A stretch of 64,000 nucleotides of DNA, from NCBI GenBank assembly GCA_963708295.1, contig CAVPSJ010000008.1, positions 288,001 to 352,000 of the forward strand, written 5' to 3'. This document shows positions 44,257-54,451 of this stretch, piece after piece. The position numbers were made by a program, and so were the translations under genes. Position 1 is the first letter of the stretch. Each line of letters opens with the position of its first letter. The stretch comes from an uncultured delta proteobacterium (GTDB taxonomy: Bacteria; Desulfobacterota; BSN033; UBA1163). The notes under the pieces were generated by a model, which was given only the letters and a program-made list of their open reading frames with translations, ran no database searches and had not been told where the DNA came from.

Positions 44257-44475
44257 GGGACATAGGGATCAGGACAGAAGCGTTAAATCTCGAGGGCCTG
44301 GTGGCCGTTCTGTTTCCGTGTGTTTTTGCATGCTGCTCTATCGGAGAAGGTAGCGGATGAACTTCCCTCGCTCGTCCACGAGTATGGCCGGTGGCGAAAT
44401 GATAGATCCTCCCAGGAGCATCGGCCGGTTTTGGGACCTCAAAAATGGGTTAGGATCAGTACGGAGAGAGGCCTG

Positions 44476-45375
44476 ATGGATAAAACGGGAGTCTTTTATC
44501 CAGGAGAAATGGGAACTGCACTGTCCCGGAAACTTGTGCGTGCTGGGTTTGAAGTTTTGTCGTGCGTTTCCGGCAGAAGCGAGAGGACGCGGATAAACGC
44601 TGAAAACAGCGGGATTACTCTTAAAAAAAATATCGAGGAAGTCATTGCGGAGAGCGGAATAATATTTTGCCTTGTACCGCCAATTCATGCCGTAGATGTT
44701 GCTGAGCAGGTGTCGGACACGATGCGCAAAACGAGGAAGTACCCTTTGTATGTTGACTGCAATTCGGTGGGACCGAGTACCATGCGGAAGATAGAATTGG
44801 TGATAAGAGGATGTGGTGGTCAGATAATAGACGGTGTGTTTATTGGGAGTGCTTCATTGCTTGAATCCAAGACGACCCTTTACTTAAGCGGGGAAAGGGC
44901 AGGGGAGCTTGCGCGATTATTGGAGCCTGCGCTTAAAGTGATTTCCTTGGGAGGAAAGGTGGGTGACGCCGCTGCATTCAAGATGTGTTTTTCAAGTTTC
45001 AACAAAGGTCTGGTCGCTCTGTTTCTTGAAATTATAAGTGCGGCTGAAAGGGTTGGGAGGAGAGAAATGCTGCTCCATAGCTTGGAGGATTTCTATCCAG
45101 GCACTGTCGAAACCATATGCCGTCTTCTTCCCAGCTATCCGATGCATTGTGAAAGAAGAATCCAAGAAATGGAAGAATTAGTATCATTCTTGCGCGGGTT
45201 GGGGCAGGTACCAGCCATGTCAGTTGGCATTTGTTCCGTTCTTGAATCCCTCAGAGAAATATTTGTGGATCCCATTGAGAAAAAGGGCAAAGGTAGACGC
45301 TGGACATTTAATGAAATGCTCGAAATATGTTCAGCGAGAGGCTTGCTAAGAGACGGTGGGCCAAAGCGATTGTAA
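44476..45375 (+). CDS. NAD(P)-dependent oxidoreductase with DUF1932 (6PGDH/HIBADH-like)
   Basis: PGEMG, YVDCNSVGP, GDAAAFKMC..NKG, HCERRIQEMEE. Confidence 0.82.
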   Translation: MDKTGVFYPGEMGTALSRKLVRAGFEVLSCVSGRSERTRINAENSGITLKKNIEEVIAESGIIFCLVPPIHAVDVAEQVSDTMRKTRKYPLYVDCNSVGPSTMRKIELVIRGCGGQIIDGVFIGSASLLESKTTLYLSGERAGELARLLEPALKVISLGGKVGDAAAFKMCFSSFNKGLVALFLEIISAAERVGRREMLLHSLEDFYPGTVETICRLLPSYPMHCERRIQEMEELVSFLRGLGQVPAMSVGICSVLESLREIFVDPIEKKGKGRRWTFNEMLEICSARGLLRDGGPKRL

Positions 45376-45484
45376 GTTTTAAAAAGTTTGTAATGACCTT
45401 AAGGGAAAAACAACTAGCATCGCTATCGCATGTAGAATAATTAAATGTCCGCGATTTCACGGAGGCAGAGTCTAAATAGCTAAA

Positions 45485-46951
45485 ATGTCACCTTTCAGGA
45501 AATTTATAAAACAGTTTAGTCATTTTTTTACTGGAAGCATTTTATCACAATTGTTTTCTTTTGTCACCTTTCCAATTCTCACCCGGGTCTTAACAAAGGA
45601 ACAGTACGGAATCATGGGATTGGTGACAACCACCATGCTTTTTGCGGTTGCTATCGCAAAAGTAGGATTGTCGGATGGGATTATCAGATTCTATAAAGAG
45701 TATAGTGGCGCCAATGAGAAGCTCGAAGTATTTTCTTCAACAGTTCTGACAAGAACCATTGCTTTATCCGGCCTCACAACTCTGCTCTACGTCATCCTTT
45801 TATTGATGGGTCGAGGATACTTAAAGCTGAACGGGATATATACTGCGTGCTTTTTGATCATGGCTTTTGACCTATTTATCACACCTCTCAATATTACCGT
45901 TATATACTTTTTAAGAGTCACTGACAAAACGATATTTATCAACGTTATTAACCTTATAGGAAGAGTCATTACCGCCGGTCTCTCTCTATTCTTCTTATTG
46001 TATGTTTTTAAGGCCTTTTATGGATATTTTGTCGGTATTGTTATAGCCGACGTCATCCTTTCCGCAGTTCTTTTCCTTTGGTTCTTCAAACATTACCGGT
46101 GCAATCCAACGAAGGTATCAAAGGAACTGAACATCAATTTCATGAAATTCGGGGTTCCGTTACTTCTATCGGAATTATGTTTCTTATTGATGTCGTATGC
46201 GGATAGATATCTTATCGTTGGCTATCTGGGAAAAGAGGCCTTGGGATTGTACTCGGTCGGATACAATGTAGCGATGTACATTGGTAATATTATTATGTTC
46301 TCAATATCGTATGCGATCGTCCCAATTTATGTTGAGATTTATGGGAGAGAGGGAAGGGAAAAAACAGAAGCATTTCTAAAGAAGAGTCTACAGTATATAT
46401 TCGTAGCTATCATTCCAATATGGTTTGGGTATGCGGCCATCTCAAAGGAACTTTTTATCGTTTTCGCCTCGGAAAAATACGCCATGGCGGCGAAGTTTTC
46501 TCCACTTATTCTTTTTGCCTACCTTTGTTTGTGTGTGAATACGATTTTCAACGCGGGTTTATATTTGAAAAAGAGGACGATGGTATCTTTCGGGATAACT
46601 TTCTCTGCGATCATTTTAAATATAGGGCTGAATTTAATGCTGTTGCGTCGATTCGGAATCACCGCAGCCGCGGTAGTTGCTGTCGCTTCATGCATGATGT
46701 CCTTGATTCTAACGATATGGATATCGAATAAATTCGTCACCGTGAGGGTCGAACTGAAGAGCTTCATTTACTACTTAGGTGTCTCTGGGTTGATGTATCT
46801 GGTTATAAGCGAGATTGGAACCCCCCGAGTTTGGATGAATTTAGTGCTGAAAATTATTATCGGGGCATTTATTGTTATACTGGCAGTCATTTACAAAGAG
46901 TACGAAAATCTAAAAAGCATCATGCATGGGTACAAATTAAAAGCAGCGTAA
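45485..46951 (+). CDS. wzx: Wzx flippase
   Basis: PILTRVLTKEQYG, DRYLI..GLYSVGY, about 13-14 TMs. Confidence 0.92.
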   Translation: MSPFRKFIKQFSHFFTGSILSQLFSFVTFPILTRVLTKEQYGIMGLVTTTMLFAVAIAKVGLSDGIIRFYKEYSGANEKLEVFSSTVLTRTIALSGLTTLLYVILLLMGRGYLKLNGIYTACFLIMAFDLFITPLNITVIYFLRVTDKTIFINVINLIGRVITAGLSLFFLLYVFKAFYGYFVGIVIADVILSAVLFLWFFKHYRCNPTKVSKELNINFMKFGVPLLLSELCFLLMSYADRYLIVGYLGKEALGLYSVGYNVAMYIGNIIMFSISYAIVPIYVEIYGREGREKTEAFLKKSLQYIFVAIIPIWFGYAAISKELFIVFASEKYAMAAKFSPLILFAYLCLCVNTIFNAGLYLKKRTMVSFGITFSAIILNIGLNLMLLRRFGITAAAVVAVASCMMSLILTIWISNKFVTVRVELKSFIYYLGVSGLMYLVISEIGTPRVWMNLVLKIIIGAFIVILAVIYKEYENLKSIMHGYKLKAA

Positions 46952-47067
46952 GATGGGGTTTGTATTTCGGTTGGAAGGATGAAGGGAAGGCGGAAGAGGG
47001 AATAGATTATGGGTAAAAGCGAGATTACTCTCGGATTGATTATTTAGGTCAACGGAGATTAACAAAA

Positions 47068-48390
47068 ATGGGTCTCGGTATATTACAGTTTATTCGACTC
47101 ATATCCATACCAATACTATATTTTGGCGGGATGATAACGGCGATTGTTAGCATTTTTAGGAGGGCTGAATGGGGTCTTCTCCTGATGGTTGCTTTGATTC
47201 CACAGCCTAATATCTTTTATAAGCTTTATCCTTTTCCCTTGGGAAAGGATTTCTTAGATATTTTGTTTATTGCTGTCGGGATCGGTATATTTGTTAACAA
47301 AGGGGGTTTTGAAAGAAAGGGAAATTCAGTACTGATCGTCATCATCATTTTGATGAGCTATTTTGCACTCTGGAATAGCAGTAGGAATTTTTCTCTCCCC
47401 CTACCCATTTCTTATAGCAATCCGATGATCAGGGCATGGAAGGGTTACGCTTTTATGGCGGGCATGTATCTGTTGACTTTCAACGCAGTGAAGGAGGGCG
47501 AGAATCATCGCAAAATCCTGGCTGTTCTCATGGCCCTGGTGATTTTATTTATTTCAGTCAGAAGCTTCCGGAGTTATACAGCGGGTGCGTCCTTTATCGA
47601 AGATAGTCGCGATGTAGGTCCTTTCTGGATCGTTGGTTTAGGATCGAATCACTTTGGTGCTTTCATTGCCCATTGTTCGGCGTTTCTTTTGGGCATGTTC
47701 CTGTTGGATGACAATCGATGGCGTAAGATCTTATTTGTGCTGGCGGTCTTATTCAGTCTCCATTCACTTTTCTTTTCCTATTCAAGGGGCGCATACGCAG
47801 CTGCGCTCGGTGTTTTAGTCTTCTTTGGGTTGGTGAAAAAGAGGAGCCTATTGATTTTGGTTTTTGCCCTGGCCATCACATGGCAGACCCTCTTGCCGTC
47901 ATCGGTTGTCGAGCGGATTAGTATGACGAAAGGTGAGGGGGGACAGATAGAGGAATCGGCTGCTATCAGATTGGACTTGTGGGATCATGCGTTAAAGCTG
48001 TTTAAGGAACACCCGGTTATAGGGATTGGGTTTGGTGGGTTTGAATATACCATGCCGGAGGGAGTGCGTTGGAAAGATACGCACAACTATTATTTGAAGA
48101 TGTTGTCTGAGCAGGGGATTGTCGGATTTGGGTTGCTCCTCATTACTTTGTTTATGGCTTTCCGGAGCGGTTGGAAACTGTCGAAGGGGGGTAAAAACGG
48201 GTTTGAGAAAGGGCTGGGCCTTGGGTTTATGGGGTGTGTCGTCGCATGCGTAATCACGAACTTGTTTGGGGATCGCTGGTCGTATTACGAGATGGGAAGC
48301 TATTTCTGGGTTTTTTGGGGTTTAGTAGATAGGTCGATTTTGACCTGTGATCTTCCGGCGAATGCTCGCGAGAAGGACACTGAACACTAA
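47068..48390 (+). CDS. wzy: Wzy polymerase / O-antigen-ligase family
   Basis: SYSRGA, PVIGIGFGGF, HNYYLKMLSEQGIVG, multi-TM. Confidence 0.85.
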   Translation: MGLGILQFIRLISIPILYFGGMITAIVSIFRRAEWGLLLMVALIPQPNIFYKLYPFPLGKDFLDILFIAVGIGIFVNKGGFERKGNSVLIVIIILMSYFALWNSSRNFSLPLPISYSNPMIRAWKGYAFMAGMYLLTFNAVKEGENHRKILAVLMALVILFISVRSFRSYTAGASFIEDSRDVGPFWIVGLGSNHFGAFIAHCSAFLLGMFLLDDNRWRKILFVLAVLFSLHSLFFSYSRGAYAAALGVLVFFGLVKKRSLLILVFALAITWQTLLPSSVVERISMTKGEGGQIEESAAIRLDLWDHALKLFKEHPVIGIGFGGFEYTMPEGVRWKDTHNYYLKMLSEQGIVGFGLLLITLFMAFRSGWKLSKGGKNGFEKGLGLGFMGCVVACVITNLFGDRWSYYEMGSYFWVFWGLVDRSILTCDLPANAREKDTEH

Positions 48391-48726
48391 GGGACTCGGC
48401 TTGTCGAAATGAGGGGATCTCATTCAAGTTACAGGATCAACTGTCCGATGGACCCAAGAGTGATCGTGTTGTATTGGACCTCTGTCGATGGGTCGGAGGT
48501 AGTCTCTCGGGTGATATTATACGCCTGGCTTCCGCAGATGCCGGCAGTGCAGGCCTCCGGGGAGGGAAAGCCTTCCTTTGCTTACGGTCAATTGCTCGAC
48601 ATTTCGGATGGAGTTTACGGCACTGTAAGAGAAAAGCAGTAAATAGACAATGGGGAGTGCCTTTTTAATTTAAGCCCACCCCGCTCTTTTTGATGTCCGG
48701 CACGCCATTGGATTTATCAGAAAAAA

Positions 48727-49530
48727 GTGAAAACACAATTTCCTAATATCGCCATCCTCTTATACCACGAAGTTACTGATCTTCCTGAAAGGGCAAAGAA
48801 AATAAGAATAATGGGTCCTGCCGACTCCCTCATCGCTGAGCAATTTGAAGAGCAAATGGCATTGCTATCTGAAAGAGCAAATACGAGAGTAGTGACAGCC
48901 GACGATATTTTAAATAGGGCAGAGAACAACGTGAGGAAAATAGTCCTTACTTTTGACGATGGATTCATCGGTAACTATTTGTTTGCTTTCGACATCCTGG
49001 AAAGATATGGATTCAAAGCAACGTTTTTCATTATGGTCGATAATATTTCGAAAGAGAGATTCATGAGTTGGGAGCAGCTATCCATCCTGAATAAGAATGG
49101 CCATTCGATCCAGTCGCATACGATGACCCATCCGATGCTTGGGGAATGCGAGGAAAAGCGGATTACCTACGAACTTGAGACGTCAAAAAAGATCATTGAA
49201 GACAAAATAGGATCCCCGGTAAAATATTTAAGTCTCCCTTATGGCAGTTTGAATGAAAGGGTGATCAAAATTGCGAAAGAGGTGGGTTACAAAGCCATGT
49301 TTACTTCTTCCAGCATTATTAGAGATTGGAACGGGGAATTCTACCAATTGGGCAGAGCACAGGTTAAGGACACGTATACGCTGAAGAAATTTGTGCGATT
49401 AATCGATCCAAATCCAGTAGACGTTTTACTTAGCCGGACGAAGGAGGCCTTAAAGAGACGGATCAAGGAAATCATCGGCCTAGATAACTATCGAAAACTA
49501 TACCGATTGGTGTATCGGATTGAACTCTGA
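48727..49530 (+). CDS. Polysaccharide deacetylase (CE4)
   Basis: LLYHEV, LTFDDG, QSHTMTHP, SLPYG. Confidence 0.9.
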   Translation: MKTQFPNIAILLYHEVTDLPERAKKIRIMGPADSLIAEQFEEQMALLSERANTRVVTADDILNRAENNVRKIVLTFDDGFIGNYLFAFDILERYGFKATFFIMVDNISKERFMSWEQLSILNKNGHSIQSHTMTHPMLGECEEKRITYELETSKKIIEDKIGSPVKYLSLPYGSLNERVIKIAKEVGYKAMFTSSSIIRDWNGEFYQLGRAQVKDTYTLKKFVRLIDPNPVDVLLSRTKEALKRRIKEIIGLDNYRKLYRLVYRIEL

Positions 49531-49540
49531 TTGATGAATC

Positions 49541-50741
49541 ATGAACATATTATTTTTATCGACTGAAAACCCATATCCTCCGGATGGGGGCCATCATTTA
49601 CGGACCTATAACATCCTGAAGATTCTTGCAAACCGACACAAAATCTATTTTGTGGGCTTCGCGCAGGATGAAAGCGAATTTAAATATATCCCGGAGATCA
49701 AAAAGTTCTGCGAGACGGTCGATATTTATAAAGTGAGTAAGACAGGGTACAGCAAGAGCTTTTTCCGCCTTGCCTGTAAAAATCTATTTTTAAGATACCC
49801 ATTAGTGGCGCAAAGATATTTTATTGAGGAGGCTCGGGAGAGAATTGATCAGATATTAGTCCGTCATTCGATCGACTTGGTCCATATGGATATGTTGGCG
49901 TTGGGGTTGTATAGGGGACTTTTGAAAGATACCCCTGTGGTCCTAACAAATCACAATGTTGAATCTCTGAGGCTTTATCGATGGATAGAGATAGAGAAAA
50001 ACCTCCTGCTCAAAAGTTTCTTATTCACCCAATACTTAAAACTCAAAGCGTTTGAGAAAAGAATGTGTCGAGTATTTAATCTGTGTATCGTCGTTTCCGA
50101 TTATGATAAAAGTTATTTGAATCATCTTTGCGGCATGGACAATTTTACAGTGGTTCCTAATGGAGTGGATATACATTATTTTAAGCCTGAATCTGGTGAG
50201 GTGAGGAGAAATCATCTGGTATGGGTCGGTGGAATGACGGGTCCATACAACTCCGATGCTGTTGACTTTTTTATAGAAAAAATATGGCCTGTGATTAAAT
50301 ACGAGGTTCCAGAGGCGACGATCGATTTTGCGGGCGGCGGGCCAACCCAGAAGCTCAGAAGCAAGGCTTCGGAGGATAAAAGCGTACAAGTGTTAGGTTT
50401 TGTGCCTGACATCAGGCCGATTGTGCAGCGGGGTTCGGTTTTCGTTGCTCCTATCAGAACCGGCAGCGGAACGAAAATAAAAGTATTAAATGCTATGGCT
50501 CAAGCGAAACCCGTCGTTGCAACCACGGTTGCAGCGGAAGGGATTGATGTGGCTCCGGGAGAGAATATTCTAATTGCAGATGCTCCGGAGGAGTTTGCAA
50601 AGAAAGTAGTTGTACCTTTTAAGGAATGAGGAGATTGCAAAGAAAATGGGGGAGAAGGCAAGAGAGCTGATCGAAAGAAAATACAGCTGGGACTTAATCG
50701 CCGAGAATATCCATCGAGTATACGAGGATTGTAAGAAATAA
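49541..50741 (+). CDS. GT4 glycosyltransferase (PEP-CTERM/EpsH1-associated type), +1 frameshift at ~50608
   Basis: PYPPDGG, HNVES, PNGVD, GSGTKIKVLNAMA. The shifted frame gives ..KYSWDLIA..* ending at 50741. Confidence 0.88.
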
Positions 50742-50757
50742 ACGTGGAGGGTAAATA

Positions 50758-52026
50758 ATGGTATTCCGGCAAATGTTTCTTTTCGTGACTATGCTCATTT
50801 GTTTTGTAAATTTAGCCGCGGCAAGACAGATCTACGTTACACCGAGCGGGGGCCGGTCGAACGGGAGCGGAACCATCGACGATCCTCTCGATACCTTGGG
50901 ACATGCGCTGGAGCAAGGGCGACCCGGAGACACGATTGTCCTGCGGGGAGGAGTCCATCAAGCAGGGGACATCTGGTATACCGGGCAGGGGGGACAGGCG
51001 GGCGCATTTCTCGCCATCGATCGATACCAAGATGAACAGGCTATTGTCAGGGGCAGAAGACTCGTTGTCGAATCGCAATATCTGCGGATCCAGAACATAG
51101 AATTCCACGATTTTGTAATCACCGTTCGCCATCAAGAAAAAAATAATTGGAGGTATAGCCATCATATAGAAATACTGAACAATAAATTCTCGACTTCACG
51201 TGTGGCTATTTACTTTTGTTGTAATGACGGGATCATCCAGGGAAATACCTTCGACCCAGCCTCCTATGCCATTTATCTTATGCATGGCAACGGCAATGTC
51301 ATTCGTGGAAATGATATCAGGAATACCTCCAAGTATTCGGTTCATATCTATGACGAAGACAAATATAGCTCAACAGGAGAACCCCATCCCAAAATAACAA
51401 ATTTGTTGGTTGAGAACAATGTCATCGATGCCTCACAAAGTCGATCTGGAATTGTCATCTCTGGAGGGGACTATTCTAAACCACCGATAGAGATAAACGG
51501 TGTGTTGATTAGAAACAATGTAATTTCGGGAAATGCAACGGGTGGAATTACTCTCCAGGGCGATGGCTGGATCAAGAATATCGAGATTTATAATAATACG
51601 CTTTACGGAAACCCGGGAGGGGGGATTTGGATTAGCCCGGATAAACAAGCCCAAAACGTTGCGATTATTAATAATATATTATCGGATAATGGATCGTCTC
51701 ACCTATCTGCCAATGGTAAAGTGACTCATCTTGTTGTCAGAAGAAATTTGTACTGGGGTCCAGCATCTGTCGGATCGGGTGTCAATGATTCGTCTCCTGT
51801 GGTGGGTAACCCACTTTTTGAAAATGCGGTTGCTGGCGACTTTCGCTTGACAGACGGCAGTGTCGCAATTGACAAGGGTGAGTCTCTGGCGAAAGTGACT
51901 AACGACAGAGACGGAAAAAAAAGACCCATTGGATCAGCGTACGATATTGGAGCTTATGAGTATGGGCTGGGGAATACGACTGCTCTGACACTGCCAAAGA
52001 GCTTCGTATTCTGGAATAAAATGTGA
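50758..52026 (+). CDS. Secreted right-handed beta-helix protein with choice-of-anchor-Q-like C-terminus
   Basis: Signal peptide, GSGTIDDP, PGDTIVLRGG, Asn-ladder repeats, DFRL..SVAIDKG..YDIGAYEY. Confidence 0.8.
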   Translation: MVFRQMFLFVTMLICFVNLAAARQIYVTPSGGRSNGSGTIDDPLDTLGHALEQGRPGDTIVLRGGVHQAGDIWYTGQGGQAGAFLAIDRYQDEQAIVRGRRLVVESQYLRIQNIEFHDFVITVRHQEKNNWRYSHHIEILNNKFSTSRVAIYFCCNDGIIQGNTFDPASYAIYLMHGNGNVIRGNDIRNTSKYSVHIYDEDKYSSTGEPHPKITNLLVENNVIDASQSRSGIVISGGDYSKPPIEINGVLIRNNVISGNATGGITLQGDGWIKNIEIYNNTLYGNPGGGIWISPDKQAQNVAIINNILSDNGSSHLSANGKVTHLVVRRNLYWGPASVGSGVNDSSPVVGNPLFENAVAGDFRLTDGSVAIDKGESLAKVTNDRDGKKRPIGSAYDIGAYEYGLGNTTALTLPKSFVFWNKM

Positions 52027-52065
52027 AGAAATATCAGGACTTAGAATAGAAAGAATTTAGGGGCT

Positions 52066-54232
52066 ATGAACAGGGGGGGGTCTTTTCTCATATCAATAAT
52101 GGTGCTGAGTCTATTTTCAGCCTCATTTGAACCTAAAGTCACTGCAGCCCGGGAATTTTCGTCCACAGGAGATTACTCATCCGAAATAGAAAAGCAGATT
52201 CGCTCCGGAAAGACGACGACGGCAAATCTAATTGTCAACGGGCATCCTCGAATCTGGTTACGCGGCTGCTCGGGATTTGGATAAAAACAATGTAGGCTCT
52301 TTTGCGTGGAGAATTGTCCATGGCCACGGTTGTGCCAAAAGGGATGCATCCTGTGATGAAATGAAACACCCATTCTATGGTATATCAAATGCTGCTGACA
52401 CTTATATGTACGGCGAAGTACAAAATGCTACGTACGGTAGAAGGTATTTATGGTCCATTTTGGCGGCAGAAGGGATTGCCCGCAGGAGTGTATGGAACCT
52501 GCCGTTCCACCTCCCCGATACAACCGGGACTTATGACCCAAGGCACACCCAAGACCAGCTGCTGGCTGATGCAAGGGCTAAACTATTGAGATGGGTTGAT
52601 GAGTGGGACGGGTATGTTGGGGCACATACTGCCTTACATGGGGCGGCGGGATATGACTGGCTTGTAGACAGGAAGTATTCAGACGGTATGACCCCGGTTC
52701 TGTCGGACAGTGACAGAGTGAATATACAGAACAGGCTAATCACCTTGGCGGAAAAGATGAAAGCGGATTGCAAAGGTCAAGGACAATTACTCGGCAGAGC
52801 GGACCAAATTTATAAGTACTTTTATCCGGTGATAGGAATGGCACTTTATGAGCCCGATGGAAAAGGGATAAGTCCTGAAAATAATTCTAAGGCTAAGGAA
52901 TATCTGAATGATTTTGATTTTTACTGGGTTGGCAAGATACTTCCTGCAATAAACGAACAGGGGGGGACAGGAGGCTGGCACGGCGGGCTTTGTTCTATTT
53001 ACGGAGAGTATCCAGCATGGGGGTATTATGGTGAAGCAACGCAGAAAGATACACTTCCTTACAGGGTGGCGCCATTTCTCTATGCTCACTATACCGCTAC
53101 CGGACAAAGCTTTGCAGATTCAGTCTATGATACGGGTTTCCTAAAATATGCAGGGGAATTCTGGAATTATATGATATATCCCGACGGTCACTATGTTCCT
53201 ATTGGACCTCAAAGGAGCGAGGAGAGCAGATATACCTGGATCGGTCCTCTTTTTTTCCATGCCCGCAGAAGATTTTCGTCGGAAAATTACGATAAATGGG
53301 TAGGGGAGCTGATTGGTTGGGTAAGGAATGAGAAGGCTCCGAGTGCTTTTGTAAACGGGGGCTCTTATGACCTGTTTGATCAGCTCATGTTTGCAGAAAG
53401 ATATCCAAGTCCAAAAACACCGGAACAATTGGGATGCGGTACACGTCATTTTGCAAAGCTTGGGTGGGTAGCAATGCGTTCAGGTTTCACCTCTGGAAAT
53501 GATTTGGCAGCACTTTTCATTTGTCAACGGTATCACTGGAGCGACCTGAATCCTTATGCCCAGAACTCCTTCCATATTATGCGTAGGGGATGGTTAATCA
53601 AAGGAAACAATAATACGATTTACATAGACGGGCAATACCAGCGATCCATGAGTGGTTACCCAACAGTGGCACAGGGTGCAGATGCCTACTCCCCTGAATC
53701 AAAGTACGACGTTGGTCCAGGCATTCAGGCCTTTGAAAGTAATAGGACTTATGACTATATAAAAGGGGATGCCACCAAAGCGTATGATTATGCTAAACTG
53801 AAAAAATATACCAGACAATTAGTTTATCTTAAACCAAACATCTTTATTATCTTTGATAATGTCATCACCACCAACCCTGATATTGAAAAAAAGTGGGTTA
53901 TTGTTCCTGCTGCTGCACCTACTGACTTGGGCAACAACGTCCTTAAAATTACAAATGGCGATGGAGCCCTGTGGATCAAAAGATTTCTTCCACTCAGCGT
54001 CTCTGTCGATTTATCTGCCAGCCAGATTGCAGTCATCCCCACCCAAAAGGCCGCGCAGACTTTTTTTCTCCACGTCATGCAAGCGGTTGATTCAAATAAG
54101 GGCGGCAAACAGGTGATAGCAAATGATGCGACAGTGGTTGCGGAAGGCGATGGGTTTCTCGTCAATGTAGGCAGTTACAAAATGCGTTTCGGTAAGGATG
54201 GAGGATTTGAATGGATGGGTGGCCATCCTTAA
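52066..54232 (+). CDS. Secreted heparinase II/III-like polysaccharide lyase, +1 frameshift at ~52270
   Basis: Signal peptide, HPRIWL, GWVAMRSG, QNSFHI, GDATKAY, YTRQLVYL..IIFDNV. Confidence 0.65.
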
Positions 54233-54451
54233 TCGCCCCCTGATCCATCCATTGGCTGGACAACCATCCCTCCGATATTGTCCTTCAAAAGCTACCCATT
54301 CTTGAAAAAAGCCAGGTTGGAGATAATCCGATAAGATTTGGGGAGGACGGTTCAACCCGCAGAATGTGATAGGTGACGGGAGCGATCCGGAAGATTCACA
54401 ATGTCTTCGGCTGAACGTTTATTCTCTTAATGAAAATTGATTCTTTAATAT

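Noticed and set aside
48409-48668. 77-aa and 64-aa ORFs between wzy and the deacetylase
   Set aside because: No motif support. Possibly remnant DNA.
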